A stretch of DNA of 34,864 nucleotides from an uncultured Armatimonadia bacterium (GCA_964423635.1 CAYRFY010000006.1:1-34864); one strand, 5' to 3'; shown: positions 9,142 through 17,930, numbered from the stretch's first letter. Notes: generated by a model not told the origin, from the letters alone. Program-made: numbers and translations.

Positions 9142-11505
9142 TCACCCCTCAAACCCAAACGAGTAGAACTCCCCGTCGCCCACTATGACCCGCACGCGGA
9201 TGGTCTTGCCCGCCAGTGCGCTCACGTCCGCATTGCCCTGCCACGTCACCGTCTGGCGGACGGCATTTTCCGCGATCGCGTCGCAGTCTGCTTCCGCATA
9301 ACCGGGGATCGGTGCCCCGGCCTCGTCCTGCAGCTCCACACGGAGCCACCCCAACGGGCAGTCGCAGTTGACGATCATCTTGCTCCCGGTAAAACGCAGC
9401 GGCCGGGTGACCACGTGGCCGCCGGACTGGGCGTGGCATGATAGAGACGCAAAGCCATCCAGGCGCAGGCGCGCCAGACCGATGGCGCCCTCGAACTTGG
9501 TCTCCCTGGTGAAGGCGTACCCGTGCGGGAAGCCGCAGGCCATGTAGTAGAACAGGAGCTCGTCGCCCACCTCGATCGGGTTGGCGGTGACGGCGTAGCT
9601 GTCGTCGAACTGCCCCGGTCGCCCGCGGGGGATGAACATCGGGGCGGTCGGGTCGCGCTGCCACTTGGTCCCATCGCGACTGAAGGCGAACTGGGTATCC
9701 AGGGGCTCCAGCCCATCGGCGATGAAGGCCCAGGGGAAGCCCAGGTACAGCCCCTGGTACTTGACCACGGGCATCTCGTAGATCTCGTAGTGCGGCGGGT
9801 CGCCTGGGATGGGCTCGATGACGGTCTGGGCCTCCGTCCAATGGATGAAGTCCTCGCTGGTGCTGTAGCCCACGTCCCGGGCGCTGGTGGGGCCGTCGGT
9901 GCGCGGGTAGGCCACGTACTTGCCGATTCGCTCGTCCCAGCCCAGGAGCACGTTGGTGTCCCCGTTGGGCAGCACCGGGTTTTCGGGCGCTTCAGAAAAG
10001 TGCAGTCCGTCCGGGCTGAAGGCCACCATCATCCCCCGGCCGCTGCCGTCTAGCTGCATCTGGAAGCCGAGAGCCTTGTACCGGCGCGCCGGGTCGGGAT
10101 CGTGGGGATCGCGGATGAAGTTGCTGTAGAAGACCAGCTCCTCCTGGTACCGCGCCAGCCGGGCCTCGTGGTCGAACAGCAGGTTGTTGTCCGTGGAGCC
10201 TTCGTAGCTCGCAACGCCCAGGTTGGGCTTCTCCCAGTGGAGGCCGTCTTGGGACACCGCCACGGCGTAGTGCTGGAACTCGCCGCGCTCGATCATCTGG
10301 TAGATCACGTAGTACAAGCGGTACTGTCCGCTGGGCTCGTCGTAGAAGACGCTATTGCCCAGGATACCCAGGAAGGAGGACTGCTCCCAGGGCCGGTCCG
10401 GGACGATCGCCGGTCGTGGCTCCTTGATGGGCCGGTTCCAGACCCGCTCCAGCAAAGACATCTCGTCAACGAGGTAGTCATCCAGGAACAACTGGCGGTT
10501 CTGGCCGATATCGAGCACCTCGGGTCCCTCCCTGGGGATACGCCCTGAAGTCACGTCATCGAACCACGCGCTGCCGGCATCCGCATGAAGACGCACCATG
10601 GCACCCGTGGTACCACCGGGGGCGATGGCGTCGGCGCTCACCTGCGTCCAGTCGCCGGCATCCGTCGAGCCATCAGCGCTGCCCAGGACGTTGAGGAAGC
10701 CGTCCACGAAGTCGAGGGTCAAGCGGGCCTTTGCTCCGGCCTCCGCTCTGGCCCATCCCGACGCGCGCCATCTCTGTCCGGGCCGTGCGGCGCACCAGGT
10801 GGAGCGTACCTCGGCCGATCGATCCGGCCCGGAGGTCAGGCGCAGAGAGCGAGCGCCGGAGTGCGTGGCCTCAGCGGTGACTGTCACCTGTCCCGCTGCC
10901 CCCAGCCAACCGGGCGGGGCCCCGTCCTGGGCTCCCGTCAACTCGAAGCTCGGGTTTGGTACCATTCCACCCAGCCCGATCTCCTCGGCCGACCACCGCT
11001 GCAGCGACACGTCATCGGCCTGGAAGCGGCCTGTCTCGCCTGAGCCGCTGAAGATCAGCGCGGACACGGAAGCGGCCTCGCGGGGTGTCACGGCGGCCAG
11101 GACGACGCGGGTCCAGTCCTCGCCGGGAGAGGGAAAGCGCGCCAGCACTCCTATGCGCCGGCCTGTGGCATCGAAGAACTGCAGGTAGAAGGATGGACGC
11201 GCGGGGGCCTCGGAGCGCAGCCAGGCGGTGGCGAGGTGGACATCGCCGGGGCTGCAGGGGGAGTGGGCCGAATCCACGGACACCGAGGCTCCCGGACCGG
11301 GGTCCACGGCCTTTAGCGCCGCGGCGCCGCCGTGGACCGGCGAATGGGTCAGGCGGACATCGCCTTCGAGCACCGTCCAGCCCTGCGGGTGGCCCGCGGG
11401 GTCAGCGCCGCCCTCGAAGCCGCCGCTCTGGAGCAGCTCCCGGGGCTGACACCAGACGACAGGGCTGAGAGCGAAGCAGAGCAGTGGCAGCAGAGCGCGG
11501 TTCAT
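9142..11505 (-). CDS. Secreted glycoside-hydrolase-like protein: two N-terminal CBM4_9-like modules, a 5-bladed beta-propeller-like catalytic domain and a C-terminal beta-sandwich
   Basis: The 787-aa ORF starts at an ATG with GGGAG upstream and has a signal peptide (MNRALLPLLCFALSPVVWCQP). Two segments are typical starts of CBM4_9-type modules: GGFEGG...GWTV and NPSFELTG...PPGWLG. The central part (LFLDDYLVDEMSLLERVWNRPIKEP...PDRPWEQ...SQDGLHWEKP) resembles the GH32/43/130-type propeller superfamily. The exact family cannot be decided by eye. Confidence 0.55.
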   Translation of the reverse strand: MNRALLPLLCFALSPVVWCQPRELLQSGGFEGGADPAGHPQGWTVLEGDVRLTHSPVHGGAAALKAVDPGPGASVSVDSAHSPCSPGDVHLATAWLRSEAPARPSFYLQFFDATGRRIGVLARFPSPGEDWTRVVLAAVTPREAASVSALIFSGSGETGRFQADDVSLQRWSAEEIGLGGMVPNPSFELTGAQDGAPPGWLGAAGQVTVTAEATHSGARSLRLTSGPDRSAEVRSTWCAARPGQRWRASGWARAEAGAKARLTLDFVDGFLNVLGSADGSTDAGDWTQVSADAIAPGGTTGAMVRLHADAGSAWFDDVTSGRIPREGPEVLDIGQNRQLFLDDYLVDEMSLLERVWNRPIKEPRPAIVPDRPWEQSSFLGILGNSVFYDEPSGQYRLYYVIYQMIERGEFQHYAVAVSQDGLHWEKPNLGVASYEGSTDNNLLFDHEARLARYQEELVFYSNFIRDPHDPDPARRYKALGFQMQLDGSGRGMMVAFSPDGLHFSEAPENPVLPNGDTNVLLGWDERIGKYVAYPRTDGPTSARDVGYSTSEDFIHWTEAQTVIEPIPGDPPHYEIYEMPVVKYQGLYLGFPWAFIADGLEPLDTQFAFSRDGTKWQRDPTAPMFIPRGRPGQFDDSYAVTANPIEVGDELLFYYMACGFPHGYAFTRETKFEGAIGLARLRLDGFASLSCHAQSGGHVVTRPLRFTGSKMIVNCDCPLGWLRVELQDEAGAPIPGYAEADCDAIAENAVRQTVTWQGNADVSALAGKTIRVRVIVGDGEFYSFGFEG

Positions 11506-11610
11506 CTGGAGGCTCCCTTCGTGGTGCGGTGGAGAAGGGCGTTGCGGGCGTCGGACGGCTCAGCCGCGGCACACACGGCAAACGTCGCGGGGCTCTGCCC
11601 CTGTACCCCG

Positions 11611-11629
11611 CTGGGGCCACAGGCCCCAG
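11611..11629 (-). terminator. Short GC hairpin 40 nt downstream of the aldolase stop
   Basis: The element is ctggggcc-aca-ggccccag, an 8-bp stem with a 3-nt loop. There is no U-tract. Confidence 0.25.
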
Positions 11630-11668
11630 ACCCCGCCTGCTCTGCCGTCGGGCCGCGGGCCCGCGCGG

Positions 11669-12628
11669 TCACACAGGCGTTCCGGGATACACCAGGTCCG
11701 GGTGTGCTTCCTCCAGCCAGGCCCTCACGCGCTTGACGGTGCCGTCCTTCCAGCCGATGTACGGAGGGCGGCAGCGCTGGTGACCCCTCAGACAGCCCGA
11801 GGCGACGCCCAGGCCCTTGTCGGCCACCGGGTCGATCATGCCCTCGCCCAGGCCCTCCACCACAGCCGCCCACTCGGAGAAGAACGCCGCCGCACGCTTC
11901 TGCATCTGCACGGCCTCATCCCACTTCCGCGCGCTCGCCTTCCCGTACATCTCCAGCACAAAGGCCGGATTGGTCAGCACCAGCGAGCTGCAAGAGCCTC
12001 TGGCGCCCAGAAGCATGCCCGACACCAGCAGGTGCTCGGCCACAAAGAACGAGACACCCGGCACCCGCATCACCGCCTCCTGCAGGGCGCCGAAATTGGC
12101 GCCGGCGAAGGTGAACTTGACGCCGACTATCTTGAAGCCGGCGTCGAGGAGCCGCAGATAGTCATCGGCCAGGAGAAAGCGCTTGGACCGCGGGATGTTG
12201 TAGTGGACGAGGGGCATGTCCGGGCAGACGGACTGCACGTCCGAAAAGAACTGCACCACCTCGCGGTCGCTCAGCTCCATCCAATAGGGCAAGGCCACCT
12301 GCACCGCCCCCACCTGCGGCTTGTCTGCCGCATACCGCACCATGCGGCAGACCTTGGCGGTGGCGTCGGCGCAGCACCCGATCTGCAAAGGCATCTTCGC
12401 CGCGCCGCAAAGGTCGGCCTGGATGTCCACCATGCGCCGGAACTCATCGAACTCCAACGCATAGAACTCGCCGGTACTGCCGGTGGTATAGATCCCGTGT
12501 ACCCCGGCGCGGATCAGGGTCTCGATATTGGCGGCGTAGCTCTTGTCGTCGAGGGTGAAGTCGCGACGCCAACTCAGCGGCACGGCGGCCCAGATCCCGT
12601 GCAGTGTCTCCGCCGTCAGTCTGGCCAT
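11669..12628 (-). CDS. DHDPS/NanA-family class I (Schiff-base) aldolase or dehydratase
   Basis: The 319-aa ORF starts at an ATG with GGGAGGG upstream. GIYTTGSTGEF corresponds to the GTTGE motif. LVHYNIPRS corresponds to the YN(V/I)P Tyr motif. IVGVKFT supplies the candidate Schiff-base Lys. There is no signal peptide, so the protein is cytoplasmic. The start overlaps the upstream gene's end by 13 nt (ATGGCCAGACTGA). Confidence 0.8.
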   Translation of the reverse strand: MARLTAETLHGIWAAVPLSWRRDFTLDDKSYAANIETLIRAGVHGIYTTGSTGEFYALEFDEFRRMVDIQADLCGAAKMPLQIGCCADATAKVCRMVRYAADKPQVGAVQVALPYWMELSDREVVQFFSDVQSVCPDMPLVHYNIPRSKRFLLADDYLRLLDAGFKIVGVKFTFAGANFGALQEAVMRVPGVSFFVAEHLLVSGMLLGARGSCSSLVLTNPAFVLEMYGKASARKWDEAVQMQKRAAAFFSEWAAVVEGLGEGMIDPVADKGLGVASGCLRGHQRCRPPYIGWKDGTVKRVRAWLEEAHPDLVYPGTPV

Positions 12629-13446
12629 GTGCCCAGCCCTCCCAGTCGTGATAGGTTCAGGAGCCGTTCTGCCGTACCCCGCAGGATCATCCGCTTGTCG
12701 CCATCAGGGATCTCGGCGGTATCAATTCGCGCCCGCTGCGCTGGGGCATAGTAAAGGGGCGAATCCGTGCCGAAGAGGATCCTGTCGGCACCGATCTCCC
12801 TCACCGCCCACTCGATCAGACCCGAGCAGAGACTGCTGATGCTGGAAGTGTCTGTGTACACATTGCCATGCCGGGCGGCCTGCACGGCCCGCACCTGGTG
12901 CGTCATATCCCCATCCCACCCATTGCCCAGGTGCGCCAGGATCAGTGGGACCTCGGGGAACGCATCGGCCAGGGCGATGAAGTCCTCCGGCATGGAGTGC
13001 GGGTCGCCGCTGTGGCTGAGCACGACGGCACGGTGGCGCGCCGCCAGCTCGAAGACCGCTTCGCCGTGCCGGACGATGGGGTACCCATGCTCCTCCGGAT
13101 GGACCTTGATCCCCGCACACAGGGGAGAGGAGAGCAGTTTTTCGGCCTGCACCACCGTCTCCGGCGAAAGCGGGCTGACCACTACCCAGTAGGCAAGGCC
13201 CTGCACACTTGCCACCGCCTCGGGCGTCTCCCGGTTCGCCCGCACAGGGTCGCCCTCAAGCCTAGGCAGCAGCCCCAGCAGCGGGGAGACTACGGTCAGG
13301 CCGATGCGGGCGCGACGCGCCCGGGCCTGCACGGTCTGCAGATCGCCGCTCATGAGGTGGCTCTTGAGGTCCCCATTCTCTCGGCGGTAGGCGCCGTAGT
13401 GGGCGTGGATGTCGATGGCCTCCACCTCGCGGACTATCGTCTCCAT
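12616..13446 (-). CDS. Amidohydro_2-type metal-dependent TIM-barrel hydrolase (lactonase/decarboxylase-like)
   Basis: The 276-aa ORF starts at an ATG with GAGGAG ~10 nt upstream. The metal-ligand pattern is IDIHAHYG (HxH), KVHPEEHG, VLSHSG, ILAHLG and FGTDSP (Asp). There is no signal peptide. It is translationally coupled to the aldolase gene. Confidence 0.75.
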   Translation of the reverse strand: METIVREVEAIDIHAHYGAYRRENGDLKSHLMSGDLQTVQARARRARIGLTVVSPLLGLLPRLEGDPVRANRETPEAVASVQGLAYWVVVSPLSPETVVQAEKLLSSPLCAGIKVHPEEHGYPIVRHGEAVFELAARHRAVVLSHSGDPHSMPEDFIALADAFPEVPLILAHLGNGWDGDMTHQVRAVQAARHGNVYTDTSSISSLCSGLIEWAVREIGADRILFGTDSPLYYAPAQRARIDTAEIPDGDKRMILRGTAERLLNLSRLGGLGTWPD

Positions 13447-13500
13447 TCCTGGTCATCTCCTCGGAAGGAGTCTGCGAGCCGGCGGGTCACGAGTCGCGAG

Positions 13501-13547
13501 TCAACGGCGACGACATCAACGGCATCGACGACTGCGGCGTCAACGGC
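13501..13547 (+). repeat. Three direct copies of TCAACGGC in the spacer upstream of the amidohydrolase/aldolase pair
   Basis: The copies are at 13501-13508, 13516-13523 and 13540-13547. The first two are followed by (atc)gacgac. They lie 55-101 nt upstream of the ATG at 13446. Confidence 0.6.
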
Positions 13548-13715
13548 CACGGTCCCGCCGGGCGGCAGCGACGCGTCGGGGACGCCTGCGGGCGGTGCGC
13601 GTCGTAGGCCGTGCTCTCCCTCCTCCCGTCTCCGCAGCCGTACCGCGCAAGCGGCTCGCATAGACGCCGAGGGTGGACGGGGGGTGAGGCGACGTTGACG
13701 TTCGCCGTGCCGCCA

Positions 13716-15344
13716 TCACCCCTCGAAGTCCTCCTCACTAATCCAGTATCCGGCCACATACGAGAACGGGGCGTCGCCCTTGTAGTGGCTGGCGACGAAC
13801 ACGCGGCCGTCGGGGAGCTGCACCCAGCCCGAATAGCCGAAGTCGCCCAGGCCGGACTTGCCGTCATTGTGAAGCTCCAGGATGCGATCCACCTCGTACT
13901 GGTTCGGCAGGCCATCGGCGGGCGACCACGACCATTCCGTGTCGCCATAGCGCGGCTCGTGGATGCTCAGCTTCACCACGTACCAGCGGCTCTTGCCCGC
14001 ATTGTGCTCGAAGCCGAAGGCGGCAAAGCCCGGGAAGCCCCTGGGAGCGTTGCCAAACCTCACCGACCGCCTGCCGCGGTCCAGCGGCACGCCGTGGTCC
14101 GCCAGGTCGAGGGTGCACTCGGCCTCACCATCGATCTCCAGGCCCACGGTGCCACGGTCGTAGGTGAAGACGTAGTCGTGCGGTACGGTGGCATCCACCA
14201 GCACCGGCTCGGCGTCGGGCACGTCGAGTAGGACCCTGTCGGGCAGGATGCTCCACCGGCAGCCCAGCATCACGCTGCAGTGGTTTGCCTGTGCGGTCTC
14301 GACGGACAATCTCGCCTCGAGGCGCGCCGTCGCGTAACGTGGATCGGTGATCGGGCGCAGGCAGTAGGTCACCGCGTCGGCGTTGCCCTCAGAGTTCTCG
14401 ATGAGCAGGGCGTCTTGAGCAAGCCCGGCGCCGTTGCCCACATCATAGGCGCTGGGGGCGTAGAACCGCTCGGCATCCACATCGCCCAGCCAGGCGCGAT
14501 TGCCGCCGTTGGGCCCTACGTGGCGGTAGGTGATGAGCGTCTTGCCGCTGCGCAGGAGCCCGGCACAGGGCCGGTGGCCGATGGTGGGATTGGGCTCCGG
14601 GGGTGACCACGAGGCGCCCTCATCGTGGCTCTCCATGACATACGTGGGCTCCTGGACGCCGGAGTTCTCGCGTAGCAGCGCGCGCAGAGAGCCATCGGGC
14701 GTCTCAAACATCGATACCTCGCACAGCACCAGGCCGACGTCGATGGCCAGCGGGGCCCATTCGAACCACGTGCTGCCGTTGTCGTCCGACCGGTACATGA
14801 CCTGCTCGCTGGTGGCCTGCCCCAGGAGGGGATTGGCCGCTTTGCCCACATGGCGGTGGCCGGCGGTGAGGAAGCTCTTCTCGCCCACGCGCAACGGCCG
14901 GTCGGGAATGGCGTGGCGCAGGCCCGTCGCTTTGGGCTCTGACCAAGTCCGGCCCTCATCGCCGGAGCGGTACGTGGCACCGCCGACGGGAGAGCTGTCG
15001 GTGATCAGCAGGACTTCGCCGTCTCCCAGCACGGTGAGCCGCGGGCAATGGCCGCGGTCGGCCAGGACAAAGGGCTCCGACCACGTCTTGCCCAGATCGT
15101 CGCTAATCCGCACCTCCATCCGCGAGCGGGTGGCCACATGCTTGTCCGCCACGCGATAGGCACAGATCAGGCGGCCGCCGTGGGTGAGACAGACGTCCGG
15201 GAAGCTGATGTAGTCGGTATCGCTGCGGGCGATGGTTACGTGCCGATCGGGGATGTCTGTGATCGAGCGCATCTTGGTCCTCTGTCCTACCGCACAGGAT
15301 GTGAGGGTGAGAGTCACCATCAGTGTTGTCAGTACGCGAAGCAC
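13716..15344 (-). CDS. BNR/Asp-box repeat sialidase-like (GH33-like) beta-propeller protein, probable lipoprotein
   Basis: Four Asp-boxes (SxDxGxTW) are present: SDDLGKTWS, SGDEGRTWS, SDDNGSTWF and SHDEGASWS. A ConA-like insertion and a closing blade lie at the C-terminus. The track ORF extends to a GTG at 15434. I prefer the GTG at 15344, which has GGGAGG at 15351-15356 (6-nt spacer). That start gives MLRVLTTLMVTLTLTSC, a lipoprotein-like signal ending in a Cys. Confidence 0.8.
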   Translation of the reverse strand: MLRVLTTLMVTLTLTSCAVGQRTKMRSITDIPDRHVTIARSDTDYISFPDVCLTHGGRLICAYRVADKHVATRSRMEVRISDDLGKTWSEPFVLADRGHCPRLTVLGDGEVLLITDSSPVGGATYRSGDEGRTWSEPKATGLRHAIPDRPLRVGEKSFLTAGHRHVGKAANPLLGQATSEQVMYRSDDNGSTWFEWAPLAIDVGLVLCEVSMFETPDGSLRALLRENSGVQEPTYVMESHDEGASWSPPEPNPTIGHRPCAGLLRSGKTLITYRHVGPNGGNRAWLGDVDAERFYAPSAYDVGNGAGLAQDALLIENSEGNADAVTYCLRPITDPRYATARLEARLSVETAQANHCSVMLGCRWSILPDRVLLDVPDAEPVLVDATVPHDYVFTYDRGTVGLEIDGEAECTLDLADHGVPLDRGRRSVRFGNAPRGFPGFAAFGFEHNAGKSRWYVVKLSIHEPRYGDTEWSWSPADGLPNQYEVDRILELHNDGKSGLGDFGYSGWVQLPDGRVFVASHYKGDAPFSYVAGYWISEEDFEG

Positions 15345-15449
15345 CGGGCACCTCCCTGGTATGCATAGCCTGCGGCCATTCCTAATAGCATCACCCCGCA
15401 CCGCTGCCGGCATCTCTCCAGAACTGCCGTTCACGGGGCGATGTCACGC

Positions 15450-17816
15450 TCAGTGCACTTCGATCTCCCGCAGCCGCACGATATGGTCGGAGTGACAGGA
15501 GGCGGTGAACAGCACACGCAGGCTTTCGGCCCGCACGGGCTCGAACTCCACCAGCGGACGGAGCTGAGTGTTCCCCTCCACCGAGGCCACGGTGCGCCAG
15601 TCTTCGCCCTCCGGAACCTGGACCTCGAAACTCCGGGGCACGTATTGACCCGGGTCGGCGCCGGCGGCGTGGGCGTAGAAGTGCAGGCGGACCCGGCGGA
15701 AGCTCACCGGCTCGGCGAAGTCCAGGCGCAGCCAGTGTGGTGGCGGGTTGTCACCCGACAGCCAGCGACTGCGCTGGTCGTCGGTGACAAGTCCGTCAAT
15801 GGCCCCGCCGGGGGTATAGTTGCGGGCCTCGCTATAGATCGAGTCCGCGGTGGCCACGGTGCCTCTGGTGGCCAGGGCGAGGTTATCGGCCACCCGGGAG
15901 CCCACCGTGGGCCAGGCCTGCAGGCTACGCAGGGCCCGGCGCACCTGGTGTCCCGGCAGCTCTCTGGGGGTCCGGCCCTTCTTCAGGCACAGCGCCGCCG
16001 CGGCGCCCGCCGCCTCCCCGATGGGCATCGTGGTGCCCATGACCCGCGTGGAGCCGTGGGCCACGTGGTCCGCACTGATGGGGCGGCCCGCCACCAGCAG
16101 GTTCTCGACCCCCAGCGGCACCAGGCAGCGGTAGGGGATCTCGTAGTGCCGCGACAGCCGGGCGCCCGCGGCATCTCCCGTGCCGTCGGCCGAGTGGATA
16201 TCAACCGGGTAGAAGCCCCGGGCGATGGCGTCGCGGAACTGCGCTCCGGAGAGCACTTCCTCAGCCGAAAGCGTGTACTCCCCCACGATCCGGCGGCTCT
16301 CGCGCACGCCGATGAACTCGGCGGTCTGCAGCAGGTAGCAGTCCTGACAGCCGGGCACGTACTTGCGGTAGAAGCCCACCAGCTTGACCGCCTCGCGATG
16401 GGCCTCCACATGCGCGTAGGTGAGGTCCTCCACCTTCAGCCCGCTGACCTGCGGCACATTGATGGAGTTGATGTTGACCACACCGTGCTCGCCGGCAACC
16501 ACCTCCTGAATGGCGGCCCCGCCGGCGAAGGGAGTGGTGAGGTCGCCTTTGGCCCGCGCCTCCTTTGCCAGGTCCGGCAGGGTTCTCCAGGCCGGCAGCA
16601 GCTTGCGGGTGTCCACATTTCCCAGGAGGAAGACAAGAGTCTGGGTCTGGGTCTCCTCGTCCCGGCCTCGTCCGATCTCAAAGGGCACTTTCGCCCACGC
16701 GGCCACATCCGCATCGCCCGTGGCGTCGATGACGATGTTGGCCCGGATCGCCTGCGGTCCCGCCTTGCCCTCGACGAGGATGCCCCGGGCCGCCCCGTCC
16801 TCCACGATCGCCCCCACGGCCAGGGAGTACAGCATCAGCCGGGCTCCGGACTGCTGCATCATGTCCAGAAGCACGTACTTCATGATCTCGGGGTTCCACA
16901 TCTCAGCCTCGCCCCCCGCCTCCTTGAGACGGACGCAGAACTCCTCGACGATACCCCGGGTCAGGCCACGAGAGAAGGCCGGCGGCACGAGCCCTGTGGT
17001 CGCCATGCCGCCCAGAGCGCCGGAGCGCTCGACCAGGAGCACGTCGGCCCCCATGCGGGCGGCCGTCACGGCCGCCGCCACCCCGGCCAGTCCGCCACCG
17101 ACCACCAGCACCTCGGGCGCGGCGATCACCGGGGCCTGTACGCAGCGGGAGACCGTCCCCAGCGCCTGCTGGGGCCGGACCACCATCTCGGCGGCCGCAG
17201 TGCGCACCCGGCCCAGCGGCCGTCGCTGCCGGGCCACCTCATCCTCTGCTTCCCGAGCCCGGCGGATCGCCTCCTCGTCTGTCCCCACGAGCCTTACGTT
17301 ATCCACCACGACGCGCGCCGGACGGCTGCGGTCGGCATTGGGCAGGCGCAGTCCCAGAGTGTCCACAGCGGCCGGGTCCAGGCCGGCATCCGTCAGGGCC
17401 GAGACCCCCAGCTCGGCAGTCACCCACCGGCCCGGAGGTAGCACAACGGACCGAGTGAATTCGGCCTCCCCACTGCGGCAGAACACAATCAGCTCCACCG
17501 TCTCGTCCTCCGTGTTGTGCAGGTCCAGCATGAGAAGGTGGTACGGCGCCCAGTTGCAGTAGCGCAGGCCGGCGCGGCTCTTGTTCGCCGCCACCTGCGG
17601 GTCGGTCTCCAGAGACGGGTGCCCGTAGAAACGCACGCGCATGGCGCCATCGCCCTCGGTCCGTGGCTCGCGGACGGGCTCCGTCATGCACTGGCGCACG
17701 TGACTGCAGAACAGGTCCACTTCCTCGCGACTGTTGAGGCCCGAAAGCGTCGTGATGAGCTCTGCGTGGCTCCAGGCGCAGATGACGCCCAGCGCGACGG
17801 TGAGGGCAAGACGCAT
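15450..17816 (-). CDS. Sec-exported FAD-dependent-oxidoreductase-like protein with an N-terminal beta-sandwich-like domain and a C-terminal F5/8 type C (discoidin/CBM32-like) domain
   Basis: The 788-aa ORF starts at an ATG with AGGAG upstream and has a signal peptide (MRLALTVALGVICAWSHA). The dinucleotide-binding fingerprint is EVLVVGGGLAGVAAAVTAARMGADVLLVERSGALGGM. The C-terminus (GGAIDGLVTDDQRSRWLS...HWLRLDF...VRLREIEVH) is typical of discoidin modules. Confidence 0.8.
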   Translation of the reverse strand: MRLALTVALGVICAWSHAELITTLSGLNSREEVDLFCSHVRQCMTEPVREPRTEGDGAMRVRFYGHPSLETDPQVAANKSRAGLRYCNWAPYHLLMLDLHNTEDETVELIVFCRSGEAEFTRSVVLPPGRWVTAELGVSALTDAGLDPAAVDTLGLRLPNADRSRPARVVVDNVRLVGTDEEAIRRAREAEDEVARQRRPLGRVRTAAAEMVVRPQQALGTVSRCVQAPVIAAPEVLVVGGGLAGVAAAVTAARMGADVLLVERSGALGGMATTGLVPPAFSRGLTRGIVEEFCVRLKEAGGEAEMWNPEIMKYVLLDMMQQSGARLMLYSLAVGAIVEDGAARGILVEGKAGPQAIRANIVIDATGDADVAAWAKVPFEIGRGRDEETQTQTLVFLLGNVDTRKLLPAWRTLPDLAKEARAKGDLTTPFAGGAAIQEVVAGEHGVVNINSINVPQVSGLKVEDLTYAHVEAHREAVKLVGFYRKYVPGCQDCYLLQTAEFIGVRESRRIVGEYTLSAEEVLSGAQFRDAIARGFYPVDIHSADGTGDAAGARLSRHYEIPYRCLVPLGVENLLVAGRPISADHVAHGSTRVMGTTMPIGEAAGAAAALCLKKGRTPRELPGHQVRRALRSLQAWPTVGSRVADNLALATRGTVATADSIYSEARNYTPGGAIDGLVTDDQRSRWLSGDNPPPHWLRLDFAEPVSFRRVRLHFYAHAAGADPGQYVPRSFEVQVPEGEDWRTVASVEGNTQLRPLVEFEPVRAESLRVLFTASCHSDHIVRLREIEVH

Positions 17817-17930
17817 GGGTTGTGTCTCCTGTCCGGTGCTTGCGGACGGCCTTGGGTGGGGCGGGGCTTCCCCGGCCCGCCAAGACGATCCGCCGGGCTC
17901 AGCGCCGCCTTCGCGAGCGCCGGCGGTGTG

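Noticed and set aside
13449-13618. Plus-frame peptide ...VNGDDINGIDDCGVNGHG..., which superficially resembles a dockerin/EF-hand Ca-binding loop
   Set aside because: The frame is too short to appear in the ORF track and has no ATG/GTG with an RBS. The pattern is explained by the DNA-level direct repeats. It lies in a spacer between two minus-strand genes.
11702-13698. Plus-strand ORFs 11702..12751 (349 aa) and 12868..13698 (276 aa, with an STATTSTASTTAASTAT run)
   Set aside because: They lie antisense to the aldolase and amidohydrolase genes. The Ser/Thr/Ala run is simply the translation of the TCAACGGC/GACGAC direct repeats in the spacer.
11669-15344. Calling this sub-cluster a canonical nan (sialic-acid) operon with gene symbols nanH/nanA
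   Set aside because: NanK, NanE, NagA, NagB and a sialic-acid transporter are absent. The hydrolase is Amidohydro_2-type, not NagA-like. DHDPS-family members have many other specificities. I therefore kept it as a hypothesis only, with no gene symbols.
15441-17441. 666-aa plus-strand ORF opposite the FAD-oxidoreductase-like gene
   Set aside because: It is an antisense shadow. It is Arg/Gly/His/Pro-rich with no motifs, whereas the minus frame has a signal peptide, a GxGxxG fold and a discoidin domain.
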